DNA from: Octopus sinensis
Taxonomy: Eukaryota
DNA: 64,000 nucleotides
Assembly (NCBI RefSeq): GCF_006345805.1
Contig: NC_043009.1
Coordinates: 60,264,001-60,328,000 of the forward strand
Direction of reading: 5' to 3'
In this document: piece after piece, positions 53,195-64,000 of the stretch
Numbering within the stretch: position 1 is the first letter of the stretch
Layout: each line of letters begins with the position of its first letter
Translations under genes and position numbers: made by a program
Notes under the pieces: model-generated
The model's input: the letters and a program-made list of their open reading frames with translations, nothing else
Databases searched by the model: none
Told to the model about the DNA's origin: nothing

Positions 53195-53559
53195 CCGTTT
53201 CACAGTGGCCGATGCCAGCGCCGCCCCGACTGGCTTCTGTGCCGGTGGCACATAAAAAGCACCATCCGAACGTGGCCGTTGCCAGCGCCGCCTTGGCTGG
53301 CTTCCGTGCTGGTGGCACGTTAAAAGCTCCAACCAATCGTGGGCCGATGCCGGACCCCCACCCCCCTGGCACCTGTGCAGGTGGCACGTAAAAAGCACCC
53401 ACTACACTCGCGGAGTGGTTGGCGTTAGGAAGGGCATTCAGCTGTAGAAACTCTGCCAGATCAGACTGGAGCCTGGTGCAGCCTCCTGGCTTCGCAGACC
53501 CCGGTCGAATCGTCCAACCCGTGCTAGCGCGGAAAACGGACGTTAAACGATGATGATGT

Positions 53560-53614
<55 letters not shown>
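53195..53614 (+). mobile_element. SINE family E with internal ~65-bp repeats and (GAT)n tail
   Basis: Three ggccgatgccagc...ggtggcacgtaaaaagcacc units, then ggagtggttggcgttaggaagggc...ggacgttaaacgatgatgat. Confidence 0.75.
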
Positions 53615-54115
53615 TTTCTGTGTATAACAAATTATATTTACACGTCTTCACTGGTATACATGCTACGCATTACGCAGTGACATTGCGTATTTACAAATCA
53701 GTGCAGATAAAGAAGGCTAGCTCATCACAGTGTTGAAGCACTGGTGTAACCATGATATTCTGGTGATCTGATGAGAAAGCTTTTTTTAATAATAATAATA
53801 TAATGAAATAATGAAGTTATTGTATACAGTGCTCAGGTGCACCACAACTTGAGAAAAGTGCGTATAAAGCATATGCAGTAATGTACAAATGTCTGGGAAG
53901 TGAACAGTGTATGAGTTAGATACATGCTTGCGTGTGTCTGGAGGGGAGAAATATGATTAAATTCATATTTTTCATCAGCAAATTTAACTTAATCAATCAA
54001 TAGTCTATTTTTTTTCATCGTTCAAGACTTCTTGCGAACGTTCCCACTGGCTTATCGATATCATTACAGTAGACATTGTTGGGTCTTCTTGACACGAAGA
54101 ATTCCTCATACCACG

Positions 54116-54177
<62 letters not shown>

Positions 54178-54213
54178 GATGATGATGATGATGATGATGA
54201 CGACGATGACGAT

Positions 54214-54248
<35 letters not shown>

Positions 54249-54494
54249 TGATGATGATGATGATGATGATGTTGGTGGTGGTGGTGGTGGTGGTGGTGGT
54301 GGTGGTGGTGGTGGTGGTGCTGTTGTTGTTATTGAACGAAACCACCTCAAAAAACTGTTGGAGAGCAACCGACAAAGTCGGCAGTCTAAAGGCTCTATAT
54401 CAGAAGAATAAAAATGGATGCGGTAGAACTTTCCATCCAAACACTTATGATATAGCATTTTTGGTCGAATTAGCGACGAGGGGACCAATTATGT

Positions 54495-55135
54495 CATGCT
54501 GAAGATGCCACCAGTCGGGACGTTTGTGTCTTATTCATAGAGAAAGGGTACTTTTACTTGTACTTGTGACGGCGTTCACCCATGGCGGATTGAGCTGGCT
54601 TCTTCTCTGGTCCTGACAGCATCACGAACCATGGCGGCCCACGCTCGACGATCCCGTGTGAGGTCACTGGAGATAACAAGCCATTCGCGGTTTCATCTGC
54701 ACAGACTGACCACCTGCGGACCTGAGAGTTCGGAGAGGTCCCCCCTTTATCGTCGTTGCCCAGGTCTTCAGCTGCCCGCCCGTGCGTTTGCGCCAGCTGG
54801 GAAGTGGAGGTGGAAGGAGGACATCGCGAATCAGCTCACCCTCTGGACGCCGGGCTGCATGACCGAACCACCTTAAGCGCCGTTGTAGAAGCACCGAAGG
54901 GAGGGGCCAGAGATTCAGGCGATGACGAAGACCGGCTGTAGGAACCCGATCAATGCATCGGCAGCGAAGAATGCGGCGGAGACAGCCATTGTCGAATACC
55001 TCCAGCCTTCGCTGATCGACTACCCTCCTAGGCCATGTTTCACAACCATAGAGGAGGATAGTACGAACGACGGCCAGGTAGATTCGCACTTTGGTCACCG
55101 AGGGGAGAGGGTAACTGGTGACGGTATCATGAGAG
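54495..55135 (-). mobile_element. RTE-clade LINE 3' fragment
   Basis: TKVRIYLAVVRTILLYGCETWP...CLRRILR...RRLRWFGHAARRP...GGQLKTW is the RTE RT C-terminal signature. Confidence 0.9.
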
Positions 55136-55865
55136 CATTCAAGGCGGCGAGCTGACAGAAACGTTAACACGCCGGGCGAAATGCTTAGCGGTATTTCGTC
55201 TGCCACTACGTTCTGAGTTCAAATTCCGCCGAGGTTGACTTTGCCTTTCATACTTTCGGGATCGATAAATTAAGTACCAGTTACGCACTGGGGTCGATAT
55301 AATCGACTTAATCTGTTTGTCTGTCCTTGTTTGTCCCTTCTGTGTTTAGCCCCTTGTGGGTAGTAAAGAAATAGGTATCATGTGAGGTCTTCGTTGAACA
55401 GAACAGGTCAGCCGGAAGGTGGGGTGTCTGTGACTTCGAATTTCCCCTTGCTTGAAGCGTGACAGCCATCTCTGTGCAGTCAGTTCTTTCTGTAATATTG
55501 CTTTCTCTGTACACATAACAAATGTCGCGATTGGTTTTGGCAACTTTGGAACTTCGATTAAAATATTCTTTCTTTCTTTTGTTTTTCTACTCTTTACTCT
55601 TTTACTCTTTTACTTGTTTCAGTCATTTGACTGCGGCCATGCTGGAGCACAGCCTTAAGTCGAGCAAATCGACCCCAGGACTTATTCTTTGTAAGCCCAG
55701 TACTTATTCTATCGGTCTCTTTTGCCGAACCGCTAAGTTACGGCGACGTAAACACACCGGCATCGGTTGTCAAGCAATGCTAGGGGAACAAACACAGACA
55801 CATAAACATACACAGACATGTTTTCGTTTCTCGTTGTGTTCTACGATTATTTGTGGTGTCCTGTA

Positions 55866-55901
<36 letters not shown>

Positions 55902-55979
55902 TGTATATATACATGTAGATGTAAGTATGTATATATATGTATGTATATATGCATATATTTTATTTATTTATTATATTGT

Positions 55980-56011
<32 letters not shown>

Positions 56012-56564
56012 ATATATACGACAGGCTTCTTTCAGTTTCCGTCTACCAAATCTACTCACAAAGCTTTAGTCGGCGCGAGGCTATAGTAGAAGGCACTTGC
56101 CCAAGATGCCACGCAGTGGGACTGAACCCGGTACTATGAGGTTGGTAAGCAAGCTACTTACCACACAGCCACTCCTGCGCCTACTGTGACTGAACATTTG
56201 AGTTATGGTAAACTTGTGGTAAATAGTCAAGTGTGTGACATAAGTTCGATTCCCACTTGAACATTATTATTTATTGTCCTATGTCCGAAATAGAGGTAAG
56301 GTTTATTCAAATTTCAAAAACGATAAACAAAATTTGTAGGGGAAAAGGGATATATAAAAAAAACATACAACACTACGAAAATAAGTACTTTCCAGAAGAC
56401 GACAAATTTTTTTGAGAACCCTGTGTGTGTATGTGTGTGCGTGCGTGCGTGTGCGTGTGTGTGTGTCTGTGTGTGTGTGTGTGTGTGCGTGTGCGTGTGT
56501 GCGCATGTGTGTGTGTGTGTGCGCGCGCGTACGTGCGTGTGTGTGTATGTGTGTCTTCACATAA

Positions 56565-56959
56565 TCTCTCTATATATATAAAGCTGAAGTTGTCTGTGTG
56601 TGGCAGGTTTGGTAGCCTTCAACTAACACTATCTCCCCCGAGACCCTGCAGCGCAAGTTGACCAAAATTGAGAGTATGATAGAAGAAGGTTTGCTCTTCC
56701 TTCCGTAGAAGAAAAAAATTCAAATCGGACCATATTAACACAAAAATTATTTACATCAAAAAGGTGTTTTTTTTTCTATGAAAATCCCTATTTTTTACGA
56801 TTTTTTGACTGCTGTGTCGCCATTTTTCGGTGTATTTCAACCAGAAAAATGTTCACTTAAAGAGAAGAACAAGCTACACAATGCAAAATGTTTACTTTTC
56901 AAAAATTCCAATTCTAAAGGGTCGAAACAAACCCGAGCAACGCCGGGCGATACTGCTAG
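56565..56959 (+). mobile_element. Non-autonomous Helitron (different body, same 3' end)
   Basis: A|TC start; identical terminal aaacccgagcaacgccgggcgatactgCTAG|T. Confidence 0.8.
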
Positions 56960-57417
56960 TGAATTATAAATTCATTGTCCAACAAAGCAACGAAATTTGC
57001 AGGGGGATTAACTCTTGTAAAAATGCCAAGGGAGATAATTTGAGAGTGTATTCAAGGAAGATTAAATGGTAAGACGTGTCTGTGCTTCAATGTAGAAACG
57101 GACAGATTTGAACATAATAATGCGCACACACGCGCGCGCTTTTCAAACTAGTGCACTTACCGATCCTTCCAACATTTTTTTCCTCGATCCCTATTTTTTT
57201 GTATCCTCACCATCTCACTTTAAATCCATCTGTCTGTCTATCTCGTATTGACCACTTCAGCTGCACATTGTGTGTGTGTGTGTGTGTGTGCGTTTGTGTG
57301 CGTTGGTGCGTGCGTGCGTGCGTGCGTGGATGTGTATAGGTGTGTGTGTGTGTATGAGAGAGAGAGAGAGAGAGATTCGTTTCGTCTAATCAGAAAGGAT
57401 TTAAATATAAAACAAGA

Positions 57418-57620
57418 TACCGTAATGCCTCGATATACGAGTTAAACTGTTCCCGGATATTGCTCGTAAAGCGAAAACTCGCAAACCGAAAACTCGTAAA
57501 GCGAAAACGTGTAAAGCGAAAACACGTAACGCGAAAACACGTAAGGCGAAAACTCGTAAAGCAGTGCGGTAATTTTCCATATTAACAATGTTATGAATCG
57601 TAATTCGTTCCCAGATCAGT
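57418..57620 (+). mobile_element. Tigger-like MITE end with ~15-bp internal tandem repeats (gcgaaaactcgtaaa)n
   Basis: Start taccgtaatgcctcgatatacgag; a related opposite end ...ctcgtaaaatgaggtattactgta lies at ~62580-62638. Confidence 0.55.
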
Positions 57621-57723
57621 ATTTTACCTGTAAGATTTATAATATATTAATGAATGAATGTCAATAATACAACAGTAGAATGTGGAGAATATTTTATGTA
57701 AAGTAAAACGAATATCAAGATCA

Positions 57724-58622
57724 TCTTTATATATAAAAGTAAGGTTGTGTGTCTGTCTCCTACGATTTAGATTCCTAACTACTCCCACATTTTGCGGTGC
57801 AGTTTAACCAAAACCGGGTATCTTATAGTCGGGATTAATATCGAGCCCTTCTGGGTATTAGCGCGCGTCTACGATGAGTCTACGATTTTTTTTTAAAATT
57901 TACCATCATTTTTTTCCATTTTAATGCATTTTTTCGCTATTATATAAGGGAAGTAACTCTCTAAAAATGTCTACGATGAGTCAACGATTTAAAAAAAAAT
58001 TTACCATCATTTTTTTTCCATTTTTAATGCATTTTTTTTGCTATTTTTTGGCTATAACTCTCTAAAAATGCTTATATAGTTATTTCCCTTACAAACCCGA
58101 GCAACGCCGGGCGATACTGCTAGTTATATATAAAAGTCAAGTTGTGTGTCTGTCTCCTACGATTTAGATTCCTAACTACTCCCACATTTTGCGGTGCAGT
58201 TTAACCAAAACAGGCTATCTTATAGTCGTGATTCATATCGAGCCCTTCTGGGTATTAGCGCGCGTCTACGATGAGTCTACGATTTAAAAAAAAATTTGCC
58301 ATCATTTTTTTTCCATTTTAATGCATTTTTTCGCTATTATATAAGGGAAGTAACTCTCTAAAAATGTCTACGATGAGTCAACGATTTTTTAAAAAATTTA
58401 CCATCATTTTTTTTCCATTTTAATGCATTTTTTCGCTATTATATAAGGGAAGTAACTCTCTAAAAATGTCTACGATGAGTCAACGATTTTTAAAAAAATT
58501 TACCATCATTTTTTTTCCATTTTTAATGCATTTTTTTTGCTACTTTTTGGCTATAACTCTTTAAAAATGCTTATATAGTTATTTCCCTTACAAACCCGAG
58601 CAACGCCGGGCGATACTGCTAG
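57724..58622 (+). mobile_element. Head-to-tail Helitron dimer (57724-58123, 58124-58622) with internal ~98-bp repeats
   Basis: Two CTAG termini with hairpins; same family as 45650-45953. Confidence 0.88.
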
Positions 58623-60366
58623 TATTATTATAATCGCTTTCTGAATCATTTTTACTCGCACTCCATTCGTGCACGCCATCACTTGCAGACGCGATCGCCG
58701 ATTCACAAGCACTCATAGACGGACTTATTCTTTTATTCTTTTACACGTTTCAGTTATTTGTCTGCGACCATGCTGGAGCACCGTCTTTAGTCAAACAAGT
58801 CGACTACAGAACTTATTCTTTGTAAGCCTAGTGTTTATTCTAACGGGCTCTTTTCACAAACACACCAACATCGGTTGTCAAGTGATGATGCTGGAGGACA
58901 AACCCAACAAAATATAAATATGTCTAAAGAGAAATTGGACATAAGAGGCATCAGCTGTAGTGTGCAAGAGAGAAGACTGCACAGATATGATCACGTGGCG
59001 CGGATGGATGAGGGCAGACGAGTGGCTGTGTGGTAAGTAGCTTGTTTACCAACCACATGGTTCAGGGTTCAGTCCCACTGCGTGGCATCTTGGGCAAGTG
59101 TCTTCTGCTATAGCCCCGGGCCGACCAATGCCTTGTGAGTGGATTTGGTAGACGGAAACTGAAAGAAGCCTGTCATATATATGTATATATATGTGTGTAT
59201 GTGTATGTTTGTGTGTATGTGTTTGTCCCCCTAGCATTGCTTGACAACCGATGCTGGTGTGTTTATGTCCCCGTTACTTAGCGGTTCGGCAAAAGAGACC
59301 GATAGAATAAGTACTGAGCTTACAAAGAATAAGTCTCGGGGTCGATTTGCTCGACTAAAGGCGGTGCTCCAGCATGGCCGCAGTCAAAATGACTGAAACA
59401 AGTAAAAGAGAGAGAGAGAGAGATAGGAAAACTTGCGATGAAATAGTGAAGTCTGACAGCAGGATGTTGAACCTCACCAAGATGACAAAAACTTGGATGA
59501 ATGGCGATTCGCTGTCCTGGAGAACACCGGGCATTCTCAGAAAAACTGAGATCCTAAAAGGATATCGTCAGTGTCTATGTCTCCTTTTCTCCCGTACCTA
59601 ATTTGTACCGGTCAAACCTTCCCATATTCTCATCTTTATAGCTCCCACCCCATAATAGAACTTCAGTGCCATTTACAGCAAATCAAAACAGCTTTGCATG
59701 TATTACGATGTGGAGGCGCGTGGCTTAGTGGTTAGGGTGTCAGCATCGTGATCGTAAGATTGTGATTTCGATTCCTGGACCGGGCTATGCGTTGTGTTCT
59801 TGAGCAAAGCACTTCATTTCACGTTGCTCCAGTCCACTCAGCTGGCAAAAATGAGTAACGCTGCGATGGACTGGCGTTTCCGTCCAGCTAGGGAACACAT
59901 ACGCCATGGAAACCGGGAAACCGGGCCCATGAGCCTGGCTAGGCTTTAAAAGGGCGCATTTATTATTTCTTGTTTTTATTATGTATTAACTTACATTACA
60001 GAAGAGCATAAGTACGTCCGTAAGTAAAGTAACATAGTAGAATGTATGTGAGATTTTTAGCTACTGCACTCATAATAGAAAATTCATTTTGGAAACGTAG
60101 TCTTCTCCTTTTCCGGGTTAGTAAATAGAAAATCATGCGCGAGAACATGTGAAACCCTTCGGTCGCAACGGAAATTATACAAGGAGAGGTAGCTCTTCTT
60201 TCCTCTGGGACAAGAGTTTATTTATGCCTTCTTGCTTTTTCACTAGCAAGACTGTTTATTTACCTCCAGTATTGAAGAGGCTACTTCTTACCTCCGGCTA
60301 GCATGTTTGATGAATTATCAGTGTTGCCAAGGACAACACTAGATACGAAACCAATGGTAACGTCTT

Positions 60367-60596
60367 GGCGGCGAGCTGGCAGAAACGTTAGCACGCCGGG
60401 CGAAATGCTTAGCGGTATTTCGTCTGCGTTACGTTGTGAGTTCGAATTCCGCCGAGGTCGACTTTGCCTTTCATCCTTTCGGGGTCGATAAATTAGGTAC
60501 CAGTTACGCACTGGGGTCGATGTAATCGACTTAATACCTATGTCTGTCCTTGTTTGTACCCTCTGTGTTTAGCCCCTTGTGGGTAATAAAGAAATA
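60367..60596 (+). mobile_element. SINE family A, full-length (other copies ~7016-7410, 12290-12740, 20946-21365, 25385-25690, 29678-29895, 29944-30175, 30401-30633, 38716-38940, 42790-43190, 50126-50340, 52197-52428, 55142-55375, 61320-61550)
   Basis: ~230-bp ggcggcgagctggcagaaacgttagc...gtgggtaataaagaaata with internal B-box GAGTTCAAATTCC; 14-bp TSD GGTAACGTCTTGGC at 60356/60597. Confidence 0.92.
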
Positions 60597-61607
60597 GGTA
60601 ACGTCTTGGCCGTTTATATACCACAGAGAGAGAGGAGGGAAGAGAAAGAGAGAGAGAGAGAGACAGACAGAAAGAGTGGGTGTGCGCGTGTGGGTGTCTC
60701 TACAGATTAGATCCAGAGTTGTTCGATACAGAAAGCACTTGGTAGCGCTCAAATGATTTGAAATTACATTCTGAAATCTTTACCAAGGACGAAGTCCGCG
60801 GAGTAAAGAGTTGTTATAAGAAGAATCCAGGTGGGCAGGTGTGGAGATAACGATGCAAATAAACAAAAAAATTAACTTCTTCAATATTCAAGTACAAATA
60901 TGTAGGTAATTATATATTAACAGAACAAACTTACACACAGTACAAAAACAGAGAAATTTAAAGTGGAGGGGGTATACTGTTACAAGTCCGACAGCAGTTT
61001 CTACAGGTTTTAACTTACGTCATAATGTTGGCGGATGTAGTTCACAAAAATAGGTGCCCAGTTACGGATACTTATTTACTCATTTACTTGTTTCAGTCAT
61101 TTGACTGTGGCCATGCTGGAGCACTGCCCTTTAGTCGAGCAAATCGACCCCAGGACTTATTCTTTGTAAGCCTAGTACTTATTCTATCGGTCTCTTTTGC
61201 CCGAAGCTATAGTAGAAGACACTTGCCCAAGATGCCACGCAGTGGGACTGAACCCGGAACCATGTGGTTCGTAAGCAAGCTACTTACCACACAGCCACTC
61301 CTACGCCTATGTATATATTTTTTTCTTCTTTACTGCCCTCAAGGGGCTAAACATAGAGGGGACAAACAAGGACAGACAAAGGGATTAAGTCGATTACATC
61401 GACCCCAGTGCGTAGCAGGTACTTAATTTATCGACCCGGAAAGGATGAAAAGCAAAGTCGACCTTGGCGGAATTTGAACTCAGAACATAGCGGCAGACGA
61501 AATACGGCTACGCATTTCGCCCGGCGTGCTAACGTCTCTGCCAGCTCACCGGCGACCACACCTGTTCACCGTCGTCTACATAGAGCCGGAGATGTCGCAG
61601 TCTCAGC

Positions 61608-61653
<46 letters not shown>

Positions 61654-61658
61654 CAGAC

Positions 61659-62255
<597 letters not shown>

Positions 62256-62260
62256 CTTGG

Positions 62261-62327
<67 letters not shown>

Positions 62328-62376
62328 GTAGCTATTTATGTAGGTATGTAGGTAGGTAGGTAGGTAGGTAGGAAAG

Positions 62377-62408
<32 letters not shown>

Positions 62409-62754
62409 TAGACATAGGCGCTGGCGTGAGTGTGTAGTAAGAAATTTGCTTCTCAACCACACGGTTCCTTTTTTTCTTTTTACTCTCTGTAAGTTTCTCG
62501 GTAACATGTTGAAGCATTTGTCATGGTGGTAGAAATTTTTGCACTTCGTTCAAAATCTGGATCTTGTGTTTGAAAAATAAAACTCGTAAACCCGGGGTCT
62601 CGTAAAGAGGGTGCTCGTAAAATGAGGTATTACTGTAGTTCACTGACAGACAGGGCCGCTTCAAGGTACCGGTAACTCGAGCAGTCGCCCGCGGCGCCGT
62701 GTGCTGGGGCGCCAAGGAGAGCGTAACAAAGATAAGGGAATTCCCATGACCATC

Positions 62755-63172
62755 AGGCGCAGGAGTGGCTGTGTGGTAAGTAGCTTGCTTACCAACCACA
62801 TGGTTCCGGGTTCAGTCCCACCGCGTGACTTCTAGTGTCTTCAAGTGTCTTCTACTATAGCCTCGGGCCGACCAAAGCCTCGTGAGTGGATTTGGTAGAC
62901 GGAAACTGAAAGAAGCCGGTCGTATATATGTAAATATATGTGTGTGTGTGTGGTGTGTGTGTGTGTGTGTGTTTGTGCCCCAACATCGCTTGACAACCGA
63001 TGCTGGTGTGTTTACGTCCCCGTTACTTAGCGGTTCGGCAAAAGAGACCGATAGAATAAGTACTAGGCTTTCAAAGAATAAGTCCTGGGGGTCGATTTGC
63101 TCGACTAAAGGCGGTGCTCCAGCATGGCCACAGTCAAATGACTGAAACGAGTAAAAGAGTAAAAGAGAGTAA
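62755..63172 (+). mobile_element. SINE family B, tRNA-derived, full-length (other copies ~3390-3812, 5460-5990, 8407-8920, 20215-20910, 23255-23720, 27149-27560, 55590-56182, 59025-59408, 61075-61308)
   Basis: Head aggcgcaggagtggctgtgtggtaag...ggttcagtccc (A/B boxes), internal (TA)n(TG)n, tail (gtaaaaga)n. Confidence 0.92.
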
Positions 63173-64000
63173 AGATAGTATCAGGTTGTACAAGCCGAAG
63201 TTCAGCTTGCCCGGGGCGCCGGCAACCCTTGGGCCGGCTGTGCTGACAGGTCCCGATACTTAGGGATTTATTCCGTTCGGTTATGAAATCCGTGACCCTC
63301 CCATTTACTACAGCATCCAAGATGTGGTGTAGAGGAGCAATCCTAGGCTGTATCCAGTTTTGAAACTGTCATGTGCGATCTGAGAGAAATTTGGCTTCTT
63401 TTTTAACAGAAAACTTATTCAGAAAATATAAATGCAATAGTGATGCAATAATTGTTTTTTAAATCACTTTAATTTCGTATCCCTCTTTTCTACCGGCTAA
63501 AAATTACATAGAAATTATTTAAGTTGTATATTTTACATTAAATAAAAAGAAAAGAAAAGAAAGAAAAAAGTTTCAAAGAAAATATTCTTTTATTAACAAT
63601 AATTTCAGCAAGTTTTATTGACCTTCTTGTAAAATATGGAGAAAGGTTCAATGTTTAAGAATGTATGAGTGTATGAATATGCTAAGCATGTCTAACGTTC
63701 ATGTGTGGGTATGCAGTAAACGCATGTATACGATACATATATAATACAAAACCAAATTAAAAATATATATATACAAAACGGATGGGGGAAAAATGGGAAA
63801 AAGAAATTTTAAAAATATCAATTAAACAACCATTATCGAATACGTCACTACAGTGGTGGCGCCGGCGGTGGTGGTGGTGGTAGGCCTTTTTACTACTTGT
63901 TGAATCACATAGTAAGCACTATCTCGTGTGTGTGTTTGTGTATGTATTTAATCATGAGTGTCGGTGGGTGTTCCTGACTTGATAAGATAAGAAATATATA

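Noticed and set aside
54664-55206. 180-aa ORF as a gene
   Set aside because: The start comes from an antisense SINE-A; the remainder is a truncated RTE RT fragment.

Overview
AT-rich, extremely microsatellite- and SINE-dense eukaryotic genomic DNA. The repeat make-up is typical of an octopod cephalopod (Octopus-like); this is inferred from the repeat landscape, not a database match. There is one 100-N gap at 2451-2550. Most ORFs in the supplied track are translations of microsatellites or SINEs. Supportable genes: (1) a minus-strand, multi-exon secreted protein (ATG 11393; exons 11393-9277, 6925-6765, 6610-6357, tentative 6100-6052). It combines a signal peptide, a ~700-aa pro-region with about 30 nine-residue 'xxxxEPERR' repeats carrying dibasic sites, and a C-terminal stanniocalcin-like Cys domain. 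Its first exon has two 1-nt deletions, probably assembly errors. (2) A plus-strand, TATA-driven 120-aa secreted Gly/Trp-rich protein (45208-45570) with an intron starting 2 nt after the stop and candidate downstream exons. (3) An intact tRNA-Asn(GTT) at 48336-48409. The rest is at least four SINE families, Dong/R4-, RTE- and L1/Tx1-type LINE fragments, mariner/Tigger/hAT/piggyBac-type non-autonomous DNA elements, non-autonomous Helitrons, two minisatellites (one Asp-rich coding-like) and a CRE/CCAAT promoter-like island near 29 kb. No CRISPR or prokaryotic features are present.
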